Position numbers and translations under genes: made by a program. From Eledone cirrhosa (taxonomy: Eukaryota), in assembly GCA_964016885.1 (NCBI GenBank), contig OZ024746.1, positions 6,882,001 through 6,946,000 on the forward strand: DNA of 64,000 nucleotides. Direction: 5' to 3'. Below the pieces are notes generated by a model. That model was not told the origin of the DNA. It ran no database searches and was given only the letters and a program-made list of their open reading frames with translations. Of this stretch, positions 54,745 to 64,000 are shown in pieces (the first letter of the stretch is position 1; each line of letters opens with the position of its first letter).

Positions 54745-56345
54745 TAGCGGCGGTGTTTACTTTTTGCGGAGCCGGATTGTTGGATTGTTGCGGAGTGCGG
54801 GAGCTGTTATGTATGACTAGTGTATACCTGTATGAGTATGACATCAATTGACAGAGATGCTGATATGCCTGGTGGAATTAGGAATCTAATCTGAGCACTT
54901 TTATGTGATTTTCTGGGTTGATTGTTGATCCACGTGCTGCGTGCGAGGGGTCAACGAGAATTTACTGCTGCATGTAATCAGGCAATTTTGGGGCGCGGTT
55001 GCGATTGGAATGTGGAGTGTGTTACATTTAATCTTAGGAGGATTTGGAGTTATAACTTAGTTATAACTTGGACATGTATCACATCTCAATCTGGAGCTTC
55101 GAGCGTATGAGGATTTGGATGTGTAAAATCAGCTTGTAACACATAGCACCATATATGCTGGTATGTATTGGTGAATATATGAACACGGTTGGATTACCAT
55201 CTACGGACCATCTTCATTTGTTATGACCTCTCGCCGACCGGATTACCATCTGTTATGACTTCTCACCATATAGGCTTTAACAGCGACTAAACCATGTTTG
55301 TTGTTTTTTGATTGCTTCAGCTTGTTTTGATTGCCTCAGCTTGCCTATGTATTAACCCCGCTTTGTCTGTATTTGGCTCAGATCGGTGTGGTGCCTGTCC
55401 ATGTGCAAGTTTAACACCTCTTGTCTACACAATTCCAGAACCTACTGCTTTACCCTGTTTGCGCATACTATAGGGGGGGGGGGATAAAATCCCCTTTGGA
55501 CCTTCTGAAGATATGTTATGGATTTCATAGTATTCCATGACTCTAAGGCATGAGAAACTAATTCACCTATCCTTTATAGTAACTATTGCTTACCCTCCTT
55601 TGTTGATCCTTCATATGCCTCAATTTATTTTTTCCTTTCCCCATTTGTTTAATTACTATTATGTATTTTTTAATTATTATCTTTTAATCCTTTAATTTTT
55701 ATTTTTTTTATTTTTTTTTTTTTAGGTTTTAAAATCTTTTTCATTTTCTTTTAAATATTTTTTAATATTTTTACTTATATTTTTGTATTTTTTAAATGTT
55801 TCAATTCCTTTAAGATTTTTTTAAAGTTTTTTAATTATTTTTTAATTATTTTTAATTACTTCCAATTTTTTTTAAATTATTTGTCTTAAAATTCTCTTTT
55901 TTTATATATATTTTTTAATTATCTTTATGTGCTTAAGATTGCTTTTGTTTGCCTTCACATGCCCCAGTCTCTTGTGGGAAAATCTGCTTGTGTTATTGTA
56001 TTATCATGGTTTGTTATAATGTTGACTATTAAACCCAGTACGCATTCTCTCCATCCTTCACCTATCCAATCTCCCTTATGCTATCCTGTACAGTTTCTCT
56101 ACTGTTCTGGTGACTAAGCTTGGTAGAGCTTATATTCAGCACTATATTTTTATTAATTACGCTCTGAGGATTCCTGCCCCACGGTATGGATGAAACATTG
56201 TTAGCGAATAAAAATTGTATAAGTATGTAGGCGTTCTTTGATTTATTTTTTCTATAACGGCTGTTTCGTACATTGAGCTAATACGATACCGTCACAAATA
56301 TGACACTGCGCAGATGTGCTTATGTACATATGATCCGTTGTCTAC
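54745..56345 (+). mobile_element. Probable non-autonomous Penelope-like element
   Basis: GC-richer 5' part, T-rich interior, hammerhead plus AATAAA at 56160-56212, ends at a (TA)n run; no intact ORF; boundaries approximate. Confidence 0.45.
56160..56206 (+). ncRNA. Type I hammerhead ribozyme motif
   Basis: cgct-CTGAGGA-t tcc tgcc ccac ggta t gga t-GAAA-c att g-TT-agcg, followed by AATAAA. Confidence 0.75.
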
Positions 56346-56397
<52 letters not shown>

Positions 56398-56648
56398 CAG
56401 TCATTGAATACCGCAAACTTGCATACTGCGCAAGTAGGATTGTAGATTTTGGATTCATAAAAACCTATCGTAGGTATTGCACAACACCGATCGAGATGGT
56501 CCAGGTTTGTTATCTGACCTGAGGGTTTTTTCGTTGCTTTGGTGTTATGTGGCTAGGCTTGCCTGCCGCAGTTTTCAATTTGTCAAGCTATCTAACGTAT
56601 GTTATAACTCATAGGTGGCACAGCCTTATCGAGTGCTTTGTTGCACAT

Positions 56649-56770
56649 TCCTAATTGTATATCGTTAGCTTGGCTAAGCTAACGATATACAATTAGGACA
56701 CCTCAGTTATTTTTCATTTTGTACAAGTAGGACACTTCGGTTATTTTTCATTTTGTAAAAAAAATTTCAC

Positions 56771-56840
<70 letters not shown>

Positions 56841-56881
56841 GTGAGGGCTTTTTTACAAAATGAAAAATAACCGGTGTCCTA
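56649..56881. repeat. Two adjacent inverted repeats
   Basis: 23-bp perfect arms at 56649-56698; about 50-bp imperfect arms at 56728-56881 around a long (TA)n. Confidence 0.8.
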
Positions 56882-56969
56882 CACGAGTGAAAGTATAAGG
56901 AAAATAGATGAAATCGAAAATTCAACTGGAGTCTTTTTTTTTTTAAATATATATATATTTATTTGGTTA

Positions 56970-57002
56970 CTTTACCGGTTTCGCAGTTCTGCTTTTCAAA
57001 AG
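56970..57002 (-). ncRNA. Minimal hammerhead motif, U3-A8 core variant
   Basis: Minus strand: ctt-TTGAAAA-gca gaac tgc-GAAA-c cg g-TA-aag; palindromic ACCGGT stem III. Confidence 0.65.
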
Positions 57003-57149
57003 GTGAGTTGAGATGGAGGGTCTGTGGTTTTTCTCACATCTGGTTGGTCTTTGAATGTTACTTGTTTTATATGGAAAAAAGTGGCTCGAAATGCCACGTT
57101 TTTAGAGAAGTAATTTGATTGGTTGGTGACTAGTATGTATATATATACA

Positions 57150-58189
57150 CTAGCATTAAAGCCCGGCGTTGCTCGGGGTCAGTAAGTTACCAAAGTTAGG
57201 TTGCACCACCTATTTTATGGCAGCACTTTTTTGTCTGCCAGGCACTGGGTGAATGAATTGCAGACCTGGACTGCCGAAGCAGGAGCTGCGCCAGCAGTGA
57301 CAATTGTAGTTTCGCCTATGGATATTATCTCTGTGCAAAGAAGTGTTGAAATTTATTGTTTCACAGTACTTGCGCAACACGCGCGTAGACGATGCCAGCC
57401 GAACAACAGAGCTGCAATGGAGTTGTTCTGCATGGTTGTCTAATGTGTGTTTTCTAAATTTAAGACAGTAGGGAGGGGTGTGATATTGGGGAGAGTTAGC
57501 TGCTGTTTCTAGCAGGTTTAGTGATCTCATAGAGGATATGTTTTCTAAATTTAAGACAATAGGGAGTGGTGTGATATGGGGGAGAGTTAGCTGCTGTTTC
57601 TAGCAGGTTTAGTGACCTCATAGAGGATATTATTGTGTATAGTAAATGAACTGATACTTCTTTCTTCCACGTTCGTTGATAGATGTTTTAAAAAAGATTT
57701 ATTGCTATTTTTTTTTGTTGTTGAATAAATTTATGTTGCTTTTGAATAATTGTTGTTTCGTATGAAATGTAATACGTTCTCTTTGTCATTGAAGTAAATA
57801 AATGTTTGACCGTTCCACACTCAAAAACAAATGTTCTCTCTCCCTCTCTTAAACTTTGTAAGTTTAATCGTATATCAGAGAAAGTTGCAGCATGTATGTA
57901 GTTTTATCAAATTTTAAGAGGAGTAGAGAGAGGTAAACTGATTGTATTAGAGGGATAAATGGTCATGTATTTAGTTTTATCGATTATTTCCGTAATTGTG
58001 GGTGAATGTGAATGAAATAAATAGTCGTTGACCTAAGTTGGACCATTTACAACATTCTTACAGACGTTGAGTCGAATCGGTTTGAAATTGTGCAAATGTA
58101 TAAACATGGAACATGCACACACACACACACCACAACAACAACAACAACAACAACGACAGCAACAACAATCTGCCTTTTATAGATAATGA
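57150..58189 (-). mobile_element. Non-autonomous Helitron
   Basis: Minus strand A|TC start (tcattatctataaaagg), subterminal microsatellite, 3' hairpin cccgagcaacgccggg then CTAG|T. Confidence 0.65.
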
Positions 58190-58810
58190 TACATGCACAC
58201 ATATATATATGTACGTATGGATTCACCGAACATTTATTATAATGCTCGGTGTGTTTGTAAACAAACATCCCGAATTAAGCCGTACAGTGTCTAGCAACCA
58301 TCGTTGCATGTATGTATATATATATATATATATACATACTACTGTACGTCTGTATACATATGTATGTACGTATACATACTTATATTTAAGTAACATCCGT
58401 ACTAAGAGTGAGAAATGAAATTTCGTTTCATTTTTTCCGTTTATCGTTTTCGATACTCCGGCCGATTAACTCACTCGATATGCAAATTAGGCTGCTCAGC
58501 CGTTAATATGCATAAGGAAAGTATATACTTTCAGGCGTTCAATCATCTGGCAGGAAGGTATACGTTGCTGACGATAGCTAATAAGCTTGAAACTAGTACA
58601 GGTTCCTTTGTCAGTGTTGAACAAATGAGCAACAATGGTTGCTAGACACTGTACGGCTTAATTCGGGATGTTTGTTTACAAACACACCGAGCATTATAAT
58701 AAATGTTCGGTGAATCCATACGTACATATATATATGTGCGCATGTATGTATATATATATACATACTACTGTACGTCTGTATAAATATATGTATGTACGTA
58801 TACATACTTA
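58190..58810 (+). mobile_element. Second copy of the 420-bp hammerhead repeat: inverted fragment plus permuted partial tandem
   Basis: 58190-58305 is the reverse complement of 58630-58745; the unit 3' end (ttttttccgttt) is fused to the unit start (atcgttttcg) near 58440. Confidence 0.72.
58562..58601 (+). ncRNA. Type I hammerhead ribozyme motif (same family as 11083)
   Basis: acgttg-CTGACGA-t agct aata agct t-GAAA-ctag-TA-cag. Confidence 0.75.
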
Positions 58811-58831
58811 TATATATATATATATATATAT

Positions 58832-59493
58832 TTAACGAAGGGTATTAATAATAATTAGAAGGTTATATGTAGTTATTAGAAATGATTATAATAAGAATAA
58901 ATGATTTGGTTTATATATGGTTTACAATTAAAAAGTACAATAAAACAGTTACCAAGAGTTGTTAATTTTGTTATTGTTGTTGATGTGAAAACAGCGAGCG
59001 AATAGATAATGTTGTTGTTATTTGGAGTCCGTAGTAGTAATTCTGAGACCGTAGTGAGTAAGAGAGAGAGAGAGATGGTTTGTATACCTCTGTAATGGTC
59101 TGTAGTAACTGTGAACTACCGTGGCCTGCAGACAGCGGGGAATCTTCCACATTTGTGTTCTGTAGTAGTAGGGTTCCAATCACTCTGTATTTCTGTAGAC
59201 CTTTGGGGTCTGTAGTAACTGTGAATCTTTACATAGCTTGTTGTAGGTGTAATGCTCAGATGTCTCTGGGTTTTCTGTAGACCTCTGAGGTCTGAAGTTA
59301 GCGGTTAATCTTTATATAATTTGTTGTTTATCCTAGCGCTCTGATGTCTCTATTGCTAAAGTGGGATGATACAGGCTTTATATGCCTGTCGCTTCCTGTC
59401 TCCCACCTCGAACCTGTTCACACCAAAAGGGTGGTGACCTAGAATTTGACCTCTAGGTGTCACCCAAGGTTCAAGGCGCAGACAGATTTCGCT
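58832..59493 (-). mobile_element. Probable solo LTR inserted in (TA)n
   Basis: Short inverted termini taacgaa/ttcgcta, TATAAA on minus strand near 59380, internal short repeats, (TA)n on both sides; TG..CA ends not intact. Confidence 0.45.
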
Positions 59494-59600
59494 ATATATA
59501 TATATATACATATATATGTATGTATATGTCATATGACATACATATGTCCAGAATTAGCCGTCAAAACGGCTTGAGCTCAGCCGTCGGGGTCCTACTCGTT

Positions 59601-59729
<129 letters not shown>

Positions 59730-59749
59730 CTCTGTTTATTGTCTCCTTG

Positions 59750-59800
<51 letters not shown>

Positions 59801-61054
59801 CTGTGGTTAGAAAAAGCTACTTCACTTACCGCTTTCGCTGGCACCGCTAATCCAATGGCTGGTTTCTCCTCTCCCACGTGCGTACAATCCAACTCGTTAA
59901 CCGGGAGCTCCAAAACTGACGTCCACCACGTTCGCTGACCACCCTAGAGAGAGGCAGACCTGCTGACCCTTCCGGTCGAGCACTCTTCCGGTCGAGCACT
60001 CCCCAGCCTCCGGCCACCGCACACCACACTATCAATAGGAATGCACTGTCGTTAGAAAATGGGTCGCCTTCTCGCAAATACTAATAATCAAGCGCAAACG
60101 AACTGTAAACAAAATAAGCAACGATATGCAAAAAAAATAATAAATGTTTTGGAAAACTACAAAAATATCTAAATACTACTGTTTTTATTCATATTTTCTT
60201 TATTTCAAGTTTGTGCTTAGCAATAGATATTCAACATAAAAATAGAGATATGTCTTATCCTACCGAGTTTTCTTTTTCTTTTCTGTTTTTTTTTGCTTTT
60301 TGTTTTTTTTATCACGTCTTACTGCAATATGTAAAAAATCCCTAAACAACAGCAACAACCAACAGAGAATAAAGAAAGGGAAATGAATGAACTACAGAAG
60401 TTTGAGCAAATGAAGAAAAATTATGAAGAAAATATAAGACTGGAGCAAAGGAAAATAAATAGTTTTTCAACGAGAAATGATTCTATAGTTTTGCTGATAT
60501 TGTTACCACAAAAAGTTAGGTATTAACACCTTCTACATTGAGATTTTATCCATGAAACGTTGTTGAGAATAAAATTAATCAAGTAATCTGAACACCTCTA
60601 CCAACTGAAATCACTTTATTGCTAAGTTTGGAGTACATAAAGAAAATATCTCTGAAACAAAAGAGTTCCTTTCTCCAGTGATTTGTTTTTATTTCCAAGT
60701 AAATCATTTTATTTATCCAGCATTGTTTCCTTTTTCTTGCCAATATCACTTTTAACATAGGTTATACTGGAATAACAACAGTACGTTAGAATAAATCAAG
60801 TGTCATTTTTCTTTTGAAATAGTAGCTTGCAGCGTCCATTTTAGAAAATGGGGGATTTAAATTCGGGCTGCGAACTCTCCACAGCATTCACCTTACCATT
60901 TTAACCGTCGTGAAACCAATAACTAACCAAGGAAGATACATGGTCGATTGATCTGCTAGAAACAGCAGTACATTTCAATAAAGTTCCCTCTTACCGTCTT
61001 AAAAGAAAAAGGCTAACGTTGAATAATTTAGTTCTAAATATAGAAAAATGATTG

Positions 61055-61255
61055 GTCACGGTTCGGATGACTTATGACGTAGATATACTCAGTTAGTCAC
61101 GGTTCAGATGACTTATGGCGTAGATATACTCAGTTAGTCACGGTTCAGATGACTTATGGCGTAGATATACTCAGTTAGTCACGGTTCAGATGATTTATGA
61201 CTTAGATATACTCAGTCACGGTTCGGATGACTTCTGACGTAGATACACTCAGTCG
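61055..61255. repeat. About 41-bp tandem repeat, 5 copies
   Basis: gtcacggttcagatgacttatggcgtagatatactcagtta. Confidence 0.85.
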
Positions 61256-62159
61256 CGGATGACCTGAGGCTAAACAACAACAACTAATATATATCAAAGA
61301 GAAGCAAGCATATAAATTCTAGAATTAGAAGTTTTTTTTTATGTTATTTAATCGCAAGTCAACTCTGATCGAGCAAACCTATGACCAAAAGCAATCCAGT
61401 CGTGACAATCCCGACCTTTTTCTAGGTCTACATTATCTCATGGAATGACCAAATGAAGTTTATTTTTCAACATAGTCCTCGGAAAGAAACAATTCAATTA
61501 TTAATAAGAAAAGTTGGAACTAATGCATGCAAGATTTCACATCTCTAGCATCGCTCCTTCATAGTCTATGAAATATTCAGCCGACCCTCACAGTTCGACT
61601 TCCTCTCCCCTACACTGTAACTCACTTTCTTCCTCTTATTCATTAACTCTATCCACCCGATTTCTATCCCACTTCCCCTATCTCTGACCCTTCCATTAAC
61701 TTCTTGGACACCTTCCTTCTCACAGATCTCTCCCAACCATTCTACATTCTTCATATTTTACTAACTCACTATATATTCTCTCTTCTTCAACTTAACAAGA
61801 GGCATATGCCTGAAATATTAGTAATGTTTTTCTTGTTCCTTGCGTCAATTACATTCATATTACATTTATTTGTATTTCTACCTATCAGTTCATTTCGACA
61901 CAGACCCTCTCCCGAAATAGTGTTATTGCGGAAAAGATTTGTTTCCAGCAAACTGATACTACTACGTACATTTAATCTCCGATCGACGCCATTTCCCTCC
62001 ACCTATGACTTACAGAAAAAAAAAATTATATCATACTGCTCATTACTCCTTTTCTAAAATTGAGAGCCTACATTTCAGGATTAAAGTCTACATTGAATAT
62101 AGCTAATTTTATTTCATATATCCAAGTCTCCTTGGCCAAAAACTTCTGTACTCCGCGGC

Positions 62160-62390
62160 TTGCAAGGCAGGACAGGAAGGCAAGAAAATACTGGAGCTTG
62201 TACGGTCACTTCCTCATTGCACCGATAAACGCCGAGACCTCAGGCATCCTCGGACCCTGGATAGCTGACCTCCTCCTCCGTAAAATTGGAACGTCAGCAT
62301 CTCGTTTGAAGAAGGCACCCTACGAGGTGTGGTGGCTGTTGCAGTGAGTGCCGGTGACCATTAACTGCGGAAATGCTTTTGCAATTATAT
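62160..62390 (+). mobile_element. CRE-like non-LTR retrotransposon C-terminal (restriction-like endonuclease) remnant
   Basis: RKARKY..L...F.IAPINAETSGILGP...LL.KIG....EVWWLLQ*VPVTINCGNAFAI resembles the CRE-clade K..KY...P.A.ET.G..G...QRGNA tail. Confidence 0.65.
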
Positions 62391-63540
62391 TTGGGGAGAA
62401 AAATATAATATTGGGGGTATTCCCCCAGTTCCACCGCCTCTGCATAATATGTTTATGTATAACAGATAACAAAATATTTCCATCATTGTATAACTTCTGT
62501 AAAACATAGTTGACATAATAAAACCATAGCTAAATAAAAAAAAAGTTAAAATACTGAAATGTCTTTTGGTGGAGGAATAAATTTAGAAATATGCCAACAT
62601 TTCCCACTGGAGGATATTTGATGACATACATTATATTTATTTTTAAACCACAACATCCACAAACTTGAAACTGTATGTAATAATATATATTACGTATCGG
62701 AAAGGTGAAAAGAAGATAAAACATTAAGTCTAAGGATGTAAATGATATGACTTCAAACAAAATAGTAATAGGTTGTTTGAAACTTAGTATGAGAATAGTT
62801 ATGATAAAATACTTGAATGGCTTTAAAATCTTGGGAGGCTCTTTCGTTAAAATAGGATAGTCAATTTATTGTGATACCATAGAAATAAAGTCTTCTCCAG
62901 AGATGTTGGCCTTTGGACTGTTGGTTCCCTTTATAGATTCTTGGCCTCTTTCTGTCCGTCTGTCTGTCACCTGACTAGCTGATTATTTGTCTGTGTGTCT
63001 GTCTATCTCGAATATACAACTGATAAACTGACCAGGTAGCATCAGCAGTATGGGGAAGTACACTCTTATATTTAATCAAAATAGTTTCTGATTTATGTAC
63101 AAGGACAACAATTTCTTTTTTGGGGGGAGGGGGGGGGGGGGGGGGGGGGTAAAGATAAAGTCGATTAAATCGACCCCAGTGCATTACTGGTACATTTTTA
63201 TCGACCCTGTAAGGATGACAGGCAAAGCTAACCTCGGCGGAATTTAAACTCAGAACACAAAGGACATGCCACGCAGCATGTCCGACACTCTAATAGTTAA
63301 TGTTCTAAAATATGTGAGAATAGGTTTGAGAATTAAACTGTAAATCTGTGGATGTTCGCACCATTGGCATACTATGATTATCACAGTATGGAATATTAGT
63401 TACAATAACACAAGATAAATATCTTGTTTTTTTTTATTCTAGATAACGAGGTGGAACACTTTATAAAGTATATTCAATATAGTGTAGGGTGTATTGTCTG
63501 TGAATTTAAGTATATATGAATGCCTGTAGTGTTTGTATGA

Positions 63541-63614
<74 letters not shown>

Positions 63615-63673
63615 GAAATCGAAAATGCAACTGGGGTCTTATTTTTTTTAAAATATATATATTTATTTGGTTC

Positions 63674-63706
63674 CTTTACCGGTTTCGCAGTTCTGCTTTT
63701 CAAAAG
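63674..63706 (-). ncRNA. Minimal hammerhead motif, U3-A8 core variant
   Basis: Same family as 56970; minus strand cttttgaaaagcagaactgcgaaaccggtaaag. Confidence 0.65.
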
Positions 63707-63959
63707 TAGAGTTGAGACGGAGGGTCTGTGGTTTTTCTCACATCTGGTTGGTCTTTCTCATAAAATTCTCTAAAAGGCTACAAAATAAATTCCCAAATAC
63801 GGGCGCAAAATTTAATGAACTTGTTCACGTGACAGCCATAATTTCATTTATAACCAATCAAATTACATTTTTTAAAAAAAAGCCTTCGTGAACCCCCTTT
63901 TTTTAAGTAAAAAGAAATTCAAACACTCATATATGAAAAAACAACCCATCTCAACTCTA

Positions 63960-63995
63960 CTTTTGAAAAGTAGAAGAACTGCGAAACCGGTAAAG
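63960..63995 (+). ncRNA. Minimal hammerhead motif, U3-A8 variant (inverted partner of 63674)
   Basis: ctt-TTGAAAA-gtag aagaa ctgc-GAAA-ccgg-TA-aag. Confidence 0.6.
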
Positions 63996-64000
63996 GAACC

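Noticed and set aside
55500-55550. Hammerhead at cctt-CTGAAGA...aagg
   Set aside because: Stems I and II are plausible but the GAAA/stem III half is missing
57201-57530. ORFs inside the Helitron as captured gene or RepHel remnant
   Set aside because: No recognisable motifs

Overview
AT-rich, repeat-dense eukaryotic DNA. The SINE repertoire and RTE LINEs suggest a mollusc, probably a coleoid cephalopod/octopod (inference). The only host gene I can support is the 5' part of TRAF3IP1 (IFT54/MIP-T3) on the minus strand: seven coding exons from ATG at 46194 down to 8170, all with GT-AG junctions and compatible phases, continuing off the left edge. Its promoter has an RFX X-box-like site and three forkhead TGTTTAC sites. 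The rest is transposon-derived: a decayed near-full RTE LINE and many fragments, tRNA-derived SINEs, piggyBac/mariner/hAT-type MITEs, a non-autonomous Helitron, a probable solo LTR, a CRE remnant, mini/microsatellites and a 4.2-kb 28-bp satellite. The most notable signal is a dense set of type I hammerhead ribozyme motifs (roughly 15-18 intact or decayed, from at least 8 unrelated sequence families) in non-coding elements next to (TA)n runs. They are often arranged as inverted pairs or terminally redundant units, as expected for Penelope-like pLTR derivatives or retrozymes. Inside the host gene, free-standing intact copies are all antisense. All structures were folded by eye; nothing was computed or searched.
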